In this document: one piece after another, positions 8,926 to 19,420 of the stretch
Layout: every line of letters begins with the position of its first letter
How positions within the stretch are numbered: position 1 is the stretch's first letter
Virus record (IMG/VR): IMGVR_UViG_3300029309_000018
Location: 1,639-65,638 of that record
Reading direction: 5' to 3' (one strand)
DNA from: a virus
Lineage: Duplodnaviria; Caudoviricetes
Length of the DNA: 64,000 nucleotides
Notes under the pieces: generated by a model
What the model saw: the letters and a program-made list of their open reading frames with translations, nothing else
The model's database searches: none
What the model was told of the DNA's origin: nothing
Program-made: the position numbers and the translations under genes

Positions 8926-9834
8926 TTAGTCAGCACCCGGTGATCCATAGATTCCCAAAGGATCTGAAACGCCGAAGCTGTAACGCTCACGAGCCTTGTA
9001 ACGAACATTGCCTGTGTCGAAGTCACCATCCATCATTGTTGACATTGGTGTACGAACAAAATGCTTCATTCCGTTTGGCACATCCGTTGTGAGGAAGAAT
9101 GCATCTGTATCAGTCAGATAGTGATTGACACGATGCCCCTCTGGGATTGAACCGTTATTACGGATCGCATTCAGGTCGTTATCGGCAGTTCCTGTGCGTA
9201 ACTCTGTCTGTAGCAAGCGTGTTGCAACAAACATTAACGCTGGTGGAACAATCAGCTTACGTGGGCGAGCCGCAATCAAAAGACCACGCTCATCTACGAA
9301 AGCAGCAATGTTGATAACAGCCTCTTCCAATGATGTCTCATTCAAATCGGCAGCAACCGCTGGACGGTTAGCATTTGTACCACCAGCAACTGTTGGGTGA
9401 CTTGCATTAAACAATGTCACGCCATCACCTGATGTGAAGGTATCAAAGCCTGTGTTCAGCAATGCAGCAGATTTAGTCTGCTTTGTATACGCCATAGCCC
9501 GTGCGAGAGCTTTGGTGTAACGAGCAGAAAGTGCATCATAAAGATTATCTTCCATAGCTTCCTCTGTAACCGAGAAACCCATTGCAACGGTTTCGTGGTT
9601 ATATCGGGCTGTGAAAGACTCTTGCGCGGTGTCAAAAGAAATCTGTGCGCCCTCTTGCTTGACTGGTGCAGCACCAAAGCCTGAGAGTTTGACTTCTTCC
9701 TCAAAGCTGCGCTCTGAGTTTTCAGTCTCATAGATTTCTGCATGTTCGTTTTCGTACTTCTCGTACTCCAAACCAAACAGTGCATTCAAACCGGGCAGTA
9801 GCTCCTTGAGGAGTTGCGCTCTTGAAATAGCCAT
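8926..9834 (-). CDS. Major capsid protein
   Basis: 302 aa; MAISRAQLLKELLPGLNALFGLEY...YKARERYSFGVSDP motifs; GGAGG RBS; downstream of scaffold. Confidence 0.9.
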   Translation of the reverse strand: MAISRAQLLKELLPGLNALFGLEYEKYENEHAEIYETENSERSFEEEVKLSGFGAAPVKQEGAQISFDTAQESFTARYNHETVAMGFSVTEEAMEDNLYDALSARYTKALARAMAYTKQTKSAALLNTGFDTFTSGDGVTLFNASHPTVAGGTNANRPAVAADLNETSLEEAVINIAAFVDERGLLIAARPRKLIVPPALMFVATRLLQTELRTGTADNDLNAIRNNGSIPEGHRVNHYLTDTDAFFLTTDVPNGMKHFVRTPMSTMMDGDFDTGNVRYKARERYSFGVSDPLGIYGSPGAD

Positions 9835-9846
9835 ACTTCAATCCTC

Positions 9847-10449
9847 CTAAGCTGACGATGGAGCGTTGCCAGAAACGACACCGATTCCAAGTTGATGACC
9901 AGTGTTGAACTTGCACACCATGATTGGGAACGCTGTTCCCTTCTCATCACCGTCAAATCCACCTAAGAAATCTACGATTCTTATTGGCAGAGCTGCGGTA
10001 GTTGCTGCTGTGCTAATGTCCAAAGACACACGAGAGATGCTTAGATCTGCTGATGACGTTCCTTGAACCAGCGCACAGTTAGCTGCGATATCGTCATCAT
10101 TGACGGTGCCGTCAGCCTGAATTGTGAACAGGATATTTGGATCATCAGCAACATAAGCCATGCCCTCTGTGTGAGCGGCACCTGACCATTGTTGACTAAA
10201 TGTAAGCTGCTTTGTGCTTACATCGATGAAACGACATCCAAGAAAGATACCAATCGGGGTAGCTGAAGTAGTACCCGTATCCTTCTGAATGGTAGTTGTG
10301 GTTCCAGCGTCATTTAGTTTGACGATGTCACCATAACAAATCCTTGTGGATTCTGTCGATAGGATAGGATACTGACGAAAGGAATTGTTGTAATTCCCTG
10401 CCAGACTACCCATAGGACGCAATCCAAAGGGAGCAGCGGTAGCAGACAT
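9847..10449 (-). CDS. Capsid-associated (cement/decoration) protein
   Basis: 200 aa; APFGLRP start; sits directly upstream of the capsid gene. Confidence 0.65.
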   Translation of the reverse strand: MSATAAPFGLRPMGSLAGNYNNSFRQYPILSTESTRICYGDIVKLNDAGTTTTIQKDTGTTSATPIGIFLGCRFIDVSTKQLTFSQQWSGAAHTEGMAYVADDPNILFTIQADGTVNDDDIAANCALVQGTSSADLSISRVSLDISTAATTAALPIRIVDFLGGFDGDEKGTAFPIMVCKFNTGHQLGIGVVSGNAPSSA

Positions 10450-10490
10450 TTCTGTCCCTCCTTTTATCTACGGCAAGCTCCCAGCTCAGG

Positions 10491-10934
10491 TCACTTGCCA
10501 AATGTTGTTTTCGTAGTGCGTTCTGGTTTCAGAACAGGCATACGACTATCAGATTGTCTCAGATAATTATTGTCCACTGAATCAATCTGCGACTGATTCA
10601 TTTCTCTGTGGGCTTGCTTACGAGACTCGACATATTCGGTTGAATTTTCGCAAAGCAGCAATCCTCCAACCTCAACATTGCCCTGAAATCTAGAATCGAT
10701 ATCAGGTAGCACTTGCAATTCAGGATGATCATCAGCTTTTACAGGTTCCCAGCCTTCACGGAACTTGGACGATACATTTGTATTATCACTCTGACCCAAT
10801 GTTGATGTGCGAATCCAGCGATATTTTACGCCTTCTCTGGGTTCGGGGACAGGTAACGTACTAGCACGTTGCCAAGTTTTAGGACGCTCGAATTTTTCAC
10901 GAGACTTATTGTTGCGTGGGCTTCTATCTGACAT
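10491..10934 (-). CDS. Conserved head-module protein
   Basis: 147 aa; YRWIR...NVSSKFREGWEPV...VGGLLLC. Confidence 0.7.
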   Translation of the reverse strand: MSDRSPRNNKSREKFERPKTWQRASTLPVPEPREGVKYRWIRTSTLGQSDNTNVSSKFREGWEPVKADDHPELQVLPDIDSRFQGNVEVGGLLLCENSTEYVESRKQAHREMNQSQIDSVDNNYLRQSDSRMPVLKPERTTKTTFGK

Positions 10935-11868
10935 CTGAAGACTCCTTCAAGACTTGTGCAGCGTATTGCTCAGGGGTGATTCCCATTCTCTTGCAGAGCG
11001 CGACCGCTGATGAGGTTAGTTGCACCTTGCGTGGTTTTTTTGCACTCCGGCTTTGGGGGGCAACCACGGAACCAGTTTGACGCACAGGTGCTTCTTCCTC
11101 TACTTCTTGCACATCAAACTTGTCTGGAAAAGTTTTTCTCATGGCTTCATCGATCTTTTGATAATACTCATCACTGGATGTGTGAACGCCTTCTTTTACT
11201 AGCTTTTCGTGAACGCCAAAGGCGTAGCCAGTCATTTCAGAATCATTACCAAACCACTCATTCTTAGCATTCCAGTTCAAAGCCTTTTGATCCGGCTTCT
11301 TTATTTGTGGAGTTTGCTCCTGAGATGGTGGTGCCGCAGGTGTTGTGGCCTGTCTTTTCTGCGGCTTATATGTATCAACTCTATATTTTTCATTTTGTAA
11401 TTTTGTCAGGCTCTCCTGTGCCGCTATCAAGGCATCCGGATCTCCAGTTTCATAAGCTGCCTTGTATGCGTTTTTAGCTTTGTCAAGCTCTGCATCAACA
11501 CGACCACGGGCCTGATCTAACAATACCCCTTCGCCATCTTCTAACGCTTTTTTTAACTTTTCATTTTCTTCAGATAATTTTTTAGCGTATGTGATGGCCT
11601 CTTCCTGAAGTTTAGAGGCTTCTTCCTTTCGCCTCTTTTCCTCATGATACTCAAACTTTAGCTTGTTAATCCTTTTCTGAACATCCTTGCTATAGCTTGC
11701 CACTTCCTGATCATCGGGAATATTAGACTCATCAGTGGCTTCGGTTCTTGGCTTGTCTTCCGGGGCAGTATCTTCTACAACCTCGACCTCGAACGCTGAA
11801 TCTCCAGCCTCTTCAAAGTTAATTTCTTCCTGTAAGTTATCGGTAACTTTTTCTTGTGCTTCGTTCAT
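10924..11868 (-). CDS. Capsid scaffolding protein
   Basis: 314 aa; acidic N-terminus, long coiled coil, ALNW..KNEWFG, C-terminal MGITPEQYA; between portal and capsid. Confidence 0.7.
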   Translation of the reverse strand: MNEAQEKVTDNLQEEINFEEAGDSAFEVEVVEDTAPEDKPRTEATDESNIPDDQEVASYSKDVQKRINKLKFEYHEEKRRKEEASKLQEEAITYAKKLSEENEKLKKALEDGEGVLLDQARGRVDAELDKAKNAYKAAYETGDPDALIAAQESLTKLQNEKYRVDTYKPQKRQATTPAAPPSQEQTPQIKKPDQKALNWNAKNEWFGNDSEMTGYAFGVHEKLVKEGVHTSSDEYYQKIDEAMRKTFPDKFDVQEVEEEAPVRQTGSVVAPQSRSAKKPRKVQLTSSAVALCKRMGITPEQYAAQVLKESSDVR

Positions 11869-12233
11869 GCTCTTGAATACCCCCTTGGGTCATCGACAAC
11901 AGCCTCGACCGTATCATCATTTATAAGACGAAATTCTTGCTTGTCTATCTTAAATCTTGTTCCTGAGTAAGAACGAAAGATAACAAAGTCGCCTTCCTTG
12001 CAGTATGGACCATTAGGAAACTTGTCAGCATCCTTATATGCATCAGGTCCAGCCTTTACGACAAAACCAAGCACTGATGCAGTTTGCTCTGCATTTTTCA
12101 GCGCATCCGGCATATAAATGCCAGAGTCGGTTTTCTCTTTGACTTCAAGTGGTTTTATTAAGAGTTTGTACCCAGAGGGTTCTGGGATTTTTAGTGCAAC
12201 ATCTTTGTTGACTTCTTTAATTGCAGAATACAT
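11865..12233 (-). CDS. groES: Phage co-chaperonin GroES
   Basis: PSGYKLLIKP, EKTDSGIYMP mobile loop, GDFVIFRSYSGT, RLINDDTVEAVV. Confidence 0.85.
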   Translation of the reverse strand: MYSAIKEVNKDVALKIPEPSGYKLLIKPLEVKEKTDSGIYMPDALKNAEQTASVLGFVVKAGPDAYKDADKFPNGPYCKEGDFVIFRSYSGTRFKIDKQEFRLINDDTVEAVVDDPRGYSRA

Positions 12234-12335
12234 CTGTTTTCCTTTTGCAGCGGTTTATAGGCTCACAGCGCCTTGCAGGGACATCCCTGTAGATATTCTT
12301 CACAATATACTACACACTTTTTAATTTCGGAACCC

Positions 12336-12536
12336 CTAGTCGTTAATGAATCTTTCTTCAAGGTCAAGAATGTCTCTTTCAACCTGAGCGAGGGCATCAA
12401 CTTTACCGACCGCTTCTCTATACTCCTCGAAGGATTTGCACCCACCGCAGGCCATATGGTCAGCGAGAGCATTCATATACTCCCTGACTTTTGCTTTGAT
12501 GGGTGAATATATCGTATCATTGTTTTCCATTTTCAT
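12336..12536 (-). CDS. Hypothetical protein
   Basis: 66 aa following the portal; GGCKSFEEYREAVG. Confidence 0.65.
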   Translation of the reverse strand: MKMENNDTIYSPIKAKVREYMNALADHMACGGCKSFEEYREAVGKVDALAQVERDILDLEERFIND

Positions 12537-14967
12537 TGTTACTGTTTGCCAGCTCCCTTGCTATTTCCAAACCTATATTTGTCCCTTCGGCGATTTCATC
12601 CTGCCTTGCTCTGTCCAGCTCTGTTGCTAACTGAACACCTAGTTTAGCACCAGCCCTTTGATCCTCGGACTCAAGACGATCTTTTTGTAGCTCAATGTTT
12701 TGAGATTTTGACTGCATATCTGCCTGAAGTTTGGCAATATCCATTTCTTTTCTGTGAACAAACTCAGCCTCTTTCAAGGCAATCTCTTTTTGCTGTATCA
12801 CTGTGAGAGGATCTTGCTGCTTCTTCATGTTTTCTTTTTGCTGCATCTCAGCGATATCTTTGCGAAGCAGTTTTTCAGCCGCCTGTGAAGCCAGCCTACT
12901 CAGCTCTAATTCTACATCTTCCGGCAACTGTGCATCTTCATCCGGCATACCAACGCCAAGATTCTTTTCTATCTCTTTTCTATACTGGAACGCCACATGT
13001 TCTGTGACGTGGGCGGCTATAGCTGCCTGTATCGCACCAGCAAAAGGTGACTGGCCAACGATCTCTTTTAGCTTTGGATCTTGTGCCGCAGCTAAATGCA
13101 CTGAGATATGCGCCTCGTGATCCTGATACTTGAACGCTTTTACAGGCTCTTGTTTAAGAATTGCCATGTTTTCCGTCACAGGATCTGATGATTTTACATC
13201 ATCTGGCAGTTTAATAAGCTCTTGTGCATCCTTGATCCCCAGAACTTCAAGCATTTGCCTGTGTAATTTGCCCATGTCGTATAGTTGTGGTGCCTGCTGT
13301 GCAAGCTGTAATGCTGCCTGATACTGCACAACTCTTTGTGCCATAGTCGCAGCGTTCGGGTCAGACACAGGTATGACATCAATCCTGCCATCAAAATCAT
13401 CCTGTCTGTTAAAATCACCATCAAGATCATACGAATACTGAGGCGGCATATAATCCTTGATGATCTTTGCAAGAAGTCTTAATTCGTTTTTCAAAGACGC
13501 ATGTAGTCTTGCCTGCACACCAGACATAACTTTCATGCTTCGCTCCATTAAGGCGAGCGTTGTTCCTACCGGGGCTTGCGGGTTGAGGTTTCCAACTTGT
13601 ACATCCGCAACGGAGCCAATCCTTCTCCCCTCTTCAACGATGTTTCCAAGCAACTGGTATAACACTGAGGAGGGTTCCTTGTAAGGAAGGAATGCAATCG
13701 AATCCCTAATTGCACCACCCGGCACATCCACATCCCTGAACTCACCCGGCATGAGAGGCGAATCATCACCTTTAATACGAAGACCGCGAGCTTTGAGACC
13801 AGCAGGGAGATTAGATAACGTGCCTGCATCAATAAGCTGACGAAGAATGCTGGTAGCGCTTTTAGCCAAACCGCCAATAAGATGTATAAGCCCCGTGCCA
13901 TAGAAGCCAAGACCCGGAAGATACCTGTAATGTACGAAGTGCTGACGCTTTTTCTTTTTTGAGTCACCCTCATACCAGTTTCTCCTTATGGACAATATGG
14001 TTTCTGATGATTTGTCTATGGTGATTATGTATGGTCTTGCTATCTCATCAGGGTCATCAAAAGGCTCAGGCATGATTACATCGACATGCATCTCCAGTAA
14101 CGTGTGTCTGTCATCATCCTCGACAACCGCTGTTTCTCCTTCAATCTCATCGTATTTTTCCTGTATGTCAGAATAGTCAGGCTGCGGCTCTGGAAGATCC
14201 ACATCCAGATAAAAATTGTTTACCTGTAGCTCTCTGATCTCATTTGGAGTTTTCTTCATCACATGTGTGTAGCGAGGACAGGTCATCAGGTCTGATGCGC
14301 CATAAGAAACCACAAAGTCCTCCGCTGGCACAAACATGGCACATGGCCTTTCCATCAGAGGGTCATAATAAACCTTTTTGAAAGATGATCCTGCAAGCGG
14401 CAGTCTGAAGAGCATCTGCTCTGTTTCATCGCGATACTCTGTCATCTCCTCTGTCAGGAGATAATTCATTTCATCTTCTATTCTTGTGGCCTGTTTTAGT
14501 TTTTCCTGATCTTTTTTACCCATGATCTTGGTGCGAACAGGGCCAGAAGCCGGAAAGATCTCTCCCATTGCCTGAGCCTGAAATCTCACGGTTGCCTCTG
14601 TAAGTATAGGATGAAACACACCTGAAGCTCCTTGCCAAGGCTGTGTTCTCTCTTCGATCTTCATGCCTAATAGATCGAGTCCTTTTACATAGGATCTTGC
14701 CCAGTCCCTTCTTGACTCCCTGTCTGAGTTGAAATCTTCAATCAGATCTGCTGCAAGTGACTGTAACTCTGCCTCTTCAAGATATTCAGCTAGGTTAGCA
14801 TCATGCTCTGGACCCATGATTTCATCTGCAACGTCTCCAGTGAAATCAATCAGCATGGCTGAATCTTCTGTTGTTACAGATACAGCCTCCGGGTTTACAA
14901 CTTCTATCTGCACCTCTTCGGATTCTTCTCCTAAAGGCATTGGATTTAGAGGTTTTTCAACAGCCAT
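12517..14967 (-). CDS. Portal protein
   Basis: 816 aa right after TerL; LPLAGSSFKKVYYD, GFYGTGLIHLIGGL, LRQLIDAGTLSNLPAG motifs. Confidence 0.9.
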   Translation of the reverse strand: MAVEKPLNPMPLGEESEEVQIEVVNPEAVSVTTEDSAMLIDFTGDVADEIMGPEHDANLAEYLEEAELQSLAADLIEDFNSDRESRRDWARSYVKGLDLLGMKIEERTQPWQGASGVFHPILTEATVRFQAQAMGEIFPASGPVRTKIMGKKDQEKLKQATRIEDEMNYLLTEEMTEYRDETEQMLFRLPLAGSSFKKVYYDPLMERPCAMFVPAEDFVVSYGASDLMTCPRYTHVMKKTPNEIRELQVNNFYLDVDLPEPQPDYSDIQEKYDEIEGETAVVEDDDRHTLLEMHVDVIMPEPFDDPDEIARPYIITIDKSSETILSIRRNWYEGDSKKKKRQHFVHYRYLPGLGFYGTGLIHLIGGLAKSATSILRQLIDAGTLSNLPAGLKARGLRIKGDDSPLMPGEFRDVDVPGGAIRDSIAFLPYKEPSSVLYQLLGNIVEEGRRIGSVADVQVGNLNPQAPVGTTLALMERSMKVMSGVQARLHASLKNELRLLAKIIKDYMPPQYSYDLDGDFNRQDDFDGRIDVIPVSDPNAATMAQRVVQYQAALQLAQQAPQLYDMGKLHRQMLEVLGIKDAQELIKLPDDVKSSDPVTENMAILKQEPVKAFKYQDHEAHISVHLAAAQDPKLKEIVGQSPFAGAIQAAIAAHVTEHVAFQYRKEIEKNLGVGMPDEDAQLPEDVELELSRLASQAAEKLLRKDIAEMQQKENMKKQQDPLTVIQQKEIALKEAEFVHRKEMDIAKLQADMQSKSQNIELQKDRLESEDQRAGAKLGVQLATELDRARQDEIAEGTNIGLEIARELANSNNENGKQ

Positions 14968-15027
14968 TTTGGGTCACCCTTCTAGTGATGTTTGTTTCAC
15001 TATACCAGCTATGAAGCGTTTGCACCA

Positions 15028-16536
15028 TTAGTAGTATTCAACTGGTCTTCTGTAGCTGGGTTCATCATCCCATTCATCCATTGATGATCTTATCCAGCCG
15101 CCCTGCCTAAATCTAAGAAGAGCCTGTGTTGTGGAGTCAACAAGGTCATCATGATCGCCTGTTGGAAAAGCCGCACACTCTTCGATAACTTCATCAGCCC
15201 ATCTTGTTGGAGGACACCATATCACACCGCTGGCAAATAAATCACTTACAGCGTTTACACGAGCTATCTTATCCTGTCCACGGGAAGGTGTGAACTCTGT
15301 AACTGGTATTCCCATAGCCCGAAGCTCAAAAATTAGCGGAGAACCAGCGGCTTTTGCCTCAACAATCATCTGATCCGGCTCATATTCCCAGTATTTATCG
15401 TAAGCCGCACGTTTTAGATCAGGAAATTCCAGTTTTTCCTTGTATGCATCCAGTAAAATCAGGTTTGGCTGGCTTTTTCCATCATCATCGGGCCAGTAAA
15501 ACACGCCCCAAGTGGTACAGGCACTGTAATCTGCCCTTTGTGTCTTCAAAAACGCCGTATCCCAGCTTTGTATGATGGCTTCGCAGGGTGGTGGGCTGTC
15601 TTTTTCCCATTCTCTCCACCATTCACGCTTAATTAGCGCACCTTCTTCGGAAGTTGGGTCTTGTTGGTACTGTGCAGACCATTTTGCAACAGGAAGTTCA
15701 GCTCTCAAGGACTCTAACTGGTCCATAGGCCAGAACTCAGGCCATAAAGGATCTCCAGATGGCATGATTGCAGGCAGTTCTATGACTTCCCAGTCATCAA
15801 CGCCTTCTTTTTGCGTCACTGATTTGATAATTTTGCCTGTCAGGTCTCTTGTAGACCATCTTGTCATCACAATTATGATGGCTCCCCCCGGCTGAAGTCT
15901 CTGTCTTGGTCCCGATGTGTACCATTCATAGACTTTGTCATAGACTTCTGGGTTGTAAGCCCCCAATGCCGCTTCCTGCTCCGAATGCGGGTCATCGATA
16001 ATGAGGACATCAGCGCCTTTACCAGTAACTGCACCACCCACACCAATAGCAAAATAGTCTCCGCGCTTGTTTGTGTTCCATCTTCCGGCAGCTTTCGAGT
16101 CCGAAGATAGCTCTATGCCCGGAAACACTGCCTGAAAGTCATCCTGACTTATAAGGTTTCTGACTTTACGACCAAAGCCTACAGCAAGTTCTGCCGTGTG
16201 TGCAGTCTGGATAATCTTTTTTTCTGGATACCTGCCTAAAAACCAAGCCGGAAACAGATATGATGCAAACTCTGACTTGGTGTGTCTTGGCGGCATGTTG
16301 ATTATCAGACGTTTTAACTCACCGTTTGCCACACGCTCAAACGCATCTGCCATAACTTTGTGGTGCCTACCACCAATAAACGCAGGCCACATTTTTTTGA
16401 CAAAGGTAAGGAAGTCAGAACGAGAGGCTTCTTTCTCTTTCGCCTCTTCAAGCTCCATGATGAGATCCAGCATCTCTTTTTGGTCCTGTAACGGCAAAGA
16501 ACTTATCTTTGCTTTTACCAGAGCCAGATCATTCAT
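15028..16536 (-). CDS. terL: Terminase large subunit
   Basis: NMPPRHTKS Walker A variant, LIIDDP Walker B, MTRW, SWDTA RNase H-like nuclease, HDDLVDS. Confidence 0.95.
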   Translation of the reverse strand: MNDLALVKAKISSLPLQDQKEMLDLIMELEEAKEKEASRSDFLTFVKKMWPAFIGGRHHKVMADAFERVANGELKRLIINMPPRHTKSEFASYLFPAWFLGRYPEKKIIQTAHTAELAVGFGRKVRNLISQDDFQAVFPGIELSSDSKAAGRWNTNKRGDYFAIGVGGAVTGKGADVLIIDDPHSEQEAALGAYNPEVYDKVYEWYTSGPRQRLQPGGAIIIVMTRWSTRDLTGKIIKSVTQKEGVDDWEVIELPAIMPSGDPLWPEFWPMDQLESLRAELPVAKWSAQYQQDPTSEEGALIKREWWREWEKDSPPPCEAIIQSWDTAFLKTQRADYSACTTWGVFYWPDDDGKSQPNLILLDAYKEKLEFPDLKRAAYDKYWEYEPDQMIVEAKAAGSPLIFELRAMGIPVTEFTPSRGQDKIARVNAVSDLFASGVIWCPPTRWADEVIEECAAFPTGDHDDLVDSTTQALLRFRQGGWIRSSMDEWDDEPSYRRPVEYY

Positions 16537-16800
16537 TCATTAACTCCTGCATAAAATGACGGAGGGGAGCGGAAAGGACACGCTCTACCCTCCGGGGATG
16601 AAGGGAGACTAACATCCCTTCAAATAATATACCCTAGTTTTCTTTTTCGCCATCATTATGTTTTGGCAAATACATGGTTACTTCAGCATTGCAGTCAGGG
16701 TTGGGACAGGACAAATTTGTTTCCATACAGAACTCGCTGTCATCTTCACTTATGTCGTTATCCCCACCCCAGATTAACTCTGTCGAACAATACCAGCAGT

Positions 16801-16992
16801 TCATTTTTTCACTTTTCTTGGTCTTCCACGTTTCTTAGGAGGAGCCTTTCCACCTACCCAAGCCTCGTTCACGCTTGGAGTTTTTTTATTATCAGCTTTT
16901 AGTTTTCCTGATTTATCTCTTGCCCTTTTCGGTTTATTTTCCGTCATGCATTCAGGAAATAAAAATTTTAAAATTTTCTTGATCATGGTCAT
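16801..16992 (-). CDS. Small basic hypothetical protein
   Basis: 63 aa; RARDKSGKLKADNKKTPSVNEAW and KKRGRPRK (AT-hook-like). Confidence 0.55.
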   Translation of the reverse strand: MTMIKKILKFLFPECMTENKPKRARDKSGKLKADNKKTPSVNEAWVGGKAPPKKRGRPRKVKK

Positions 16993-17015
16993 CCCTTTTC
17001 TTGATCTGTAAGCCC

Positions 17016-17078
17016 TTATATTATAATATAATTATATTATAATACATATGACTAGTATATTATAATATATTATAATAT
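17016..17078. repeat. AT-only tract with four TATTATAATA palindromes
   Basis: Copies start at 17019, 17035, 17058 and 17068, between divergent genes. Confidence 0.8.
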
Positions 17079-17098
17079 GGATTCTTGGGAGACAAAGA

Positions 17099-17794
17099 AT
17101 GCCTTTTTTACAAAGCAACATCAATCATTTTAAATGTTGGGTTAGGCGTGAATATACGTGTAATCACATGAAGTATCATGGTGAGTTTTTACATGCCATG
17201 TGTATTGCTGTGACAACCATGCCTAATCGATGCCTGAGTTTTCAGGTTATTTTCACAGGTTGTGAAACAGATGACGAAGACGAGCCTAATGTTCACGGCG
17301 GTGCAATGTGGGCAAGAATGCCAATAACAGCGTTAGTCGGCGACACACCTTTTGAAGACTGGCCTGAGCCAATGCCCGTACACTACGCCCAGCCTTGGGA
17401 CTGTATGTCACACACCCACTCAGTCTACACACTAAACAGAGCAACACCCTGTCCGTGGTTAGCAAAGGTGGATAGTGATTTCTATCCTGCAAAGTATCTC
17501 TTCACGGTAGATTACACAGACAGTGAGATTGCAGATGATCCTGCACAGCACAAACAAAGCCATGTCATGGAGTTATTAGACGCAGGTGAATGGACTGGTA
17601 ATATCATAGCATTGCCCAACAACCGCGTGAGAGTGACACATCCAGCATGGTTTGAAACAGGCGAAGGCGCACCAGACTTCCTGCCATCGCAGCATATACA
17701 CTATTCAAAATCAGATTTAGACTATACTCTGGACACTACACAGATATTCAACAACCTGTATGCAGAGGACATAGATGATGACGATGATGAATAG
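17099..17794 (+). CDS. Conserved hypothetical marine phage protein
   Basis: 231 aa; GGGAG RBS; GAMWARMPITA, YLFTVDY, ALPNNRV. Confidence 0.75.
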   Translation: MPFLQSNINHFKCWVRREYTCNHMKYHGEFLHAMCIAVTTMPNRCLSFQVIFTGCETDDEDEPNVHGGAMWARMPITALVGDTPFEDWPEPMPVHYAQPWDCMSHTHSVYTLNRATPCPWLAKVDSDFYPAKYLFTVDYTDSEIADDPAQHKQSHVMELLDAGEWTGNIIALPNNRVRVTHPAWFETGEGAPDFLPSQHIHYSKSDLDYTLDTTQIFNNLYAEDIDDDDDE

Positions 17795-17836
17795 ACTGAT
17801 GTTCTGCACAGCCTTCGTTCTCATCTACTGGTACGT

Positions 17837-18049
17837 ATGAAAGAATTTATACTAGTCATAACCATGTGGGGAAATGACGGAAGCACGGATCACTACATAG
17901 GGCAGTTGTCTCTACAGCAGCCCATGTCCGAAAAACAGTGCCACTGGATGATCGAGGATCAAAGATGGGCAGCTTCATACGACAATAACTATTTCATGTT
18001 TGCCATGCACTGCTTCCCAAAAGAATGTGCAGGAAAGAAGTCTTGCTAG
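17837..18049 (+). CDS. Hypothetical protein
   Basis: 70 aa ORF with several Cys. Confidence 0.5.
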   Translation: MKEFILVITMWGNDGSTDHYIGQLSLQQPMSEKQCHWMIEDQRWAASYDNNYFMFAMHCFPKECAGKKSC

Positions 18050-18412
18050 ATGATGAAATGATAATAATGATATCTGTCGTTGTAGTGGTGTGTATATTAT
18101 CACTAACAGTTCTGGCTATATCATCATGAAAAGTTACATGGAACTTTTGAAATATTTTTTAAAATTTTTTTCACCCACTAGGATTCCTAGACCACTTATA
18201 TAGCGTTTAATCGCTGTTTAAGCCTCACTGACGCCCCTCAAAGACAAAAAGGGGGGTATACCACTAAAAATAACACTAAAGGCACTCTAGGGGCATCCTA
18301 TGAAGATGTTATGAGATTGTTTGAGCAGATGTTCATGTATATACGACCGTAGTGCCGCGCACTGTCATGGGTGGGCGGGGGCAGGTGGGGTCATCGCATC
18401 GGCCAAATCAAA

Positions 18413-18880
18413 TCACCCCAGCAACCGATCCAATCGCCGCCGGAGATCCGCTTCGATGTCGGACGCACTCCGCTCTGTCGTGTCGGTCTGTTCAATACGA
18501 TCTGCGAACATCGAAACCGTTTTGCCTAACAGCTCAAGACTTCTGACCCTTGCCCCATCGGTCTCTGCCCTGTCGGCCTCTTCCATCAAGCGTTTCAAAA
18601 CATGCTCGCGAAGACGCTGGTCTCTCGTCCGCTGACTGGCCTCATTCTCTGCCTGTATGGCCTTGACCCTTGTGGAGACCTTGGGGTTCTGTGCCAGCTT
18701 GCAGGCTTCACTCCAAATGGTACTGTCTCGCATGCCCTCTGCGGCATAGCACTCACGATATGCATCACTCAGAATGGCACCCCCTGCAACCTGCTTTGCG
18801 AATGCCTCTTGCTTTGCTGTTAGTCTGTCTTCCCTTCCCACTATTCTGAGATGGTTACCTTTGTCCTTGTCCTTGCCCAT
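18413..18880 (-). CDS. terS: Terminase small subunit
   Basis: LTAKQEAFAKQVAGG...SDAYRECY...ACKLAQNPKV HTH and RVRSLELLGK motif typical of TerS. Confidence 0.8.
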   Translation of the reverse strand: MGKDKDKGNHLRIVGREDRLTAKQEAFAKQVAGGAILSDAYRECYAAEGMRDSTIWSEACKLAQNPKVSTRVKAIQAENEASQRTRDQRLREHVLKRLMEEADRAETDGARVRSLELLGKTVSMFADRIEQTDTTERSASDIEADLRRRLDRLLG

Positions 18881-19420
18881 TACCCTTGACCCTATCGGTT
18901 GCCCAGCACCTAGCGGTGGGCTTTCGCGGTTTTGCCTGACGCCAGCCTAGATGATAAAACCCCAAGCAGTAAAGTTACCTGTAACTTTTTACCTACCCTA
19001 AAACACCAATACCCCCTCAATCGCTCTAGGATGGCTCAGGACAGGCTTTAGGGGTTTTTGGGTACTTTCCCACCTAAAACATGCCAGCGGCGTTTTTAGC
19101 TTCCACCCTACGTTACAGACCATATCTGAAAATAATTGGCTTTAAATGTAATTATTTGGTCATGGGGGGTTTACTTATACTTCAGACTGTGATCTAACGT
19201 GCCTACCGGCAGGGGGGATGCCCCTGTTAACCAATTTCTAGTTAGCCCCAGTTTGGCAATCGGTATCGTGGTAATCAGCCCCACGTCTTCTATCCCACTG
19301 AGTGGCGGGACGATGTCAACCTTCCCACCGATACGGTCAACCAAAAACAATATGCCACTGTATCGGGCGGCAATGACAATAAGTCCGGCAGGGCGCGGCA
19401 CAGGCGTTCCGGCGGAAGGT

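Noticed and set aside
19267-19290. Pistol ribozyme (CGTGG...CCACG hairpin)
   Set aside because: Only the first stem resembles it; the pseudoknot and conserved downstream elements were not found.
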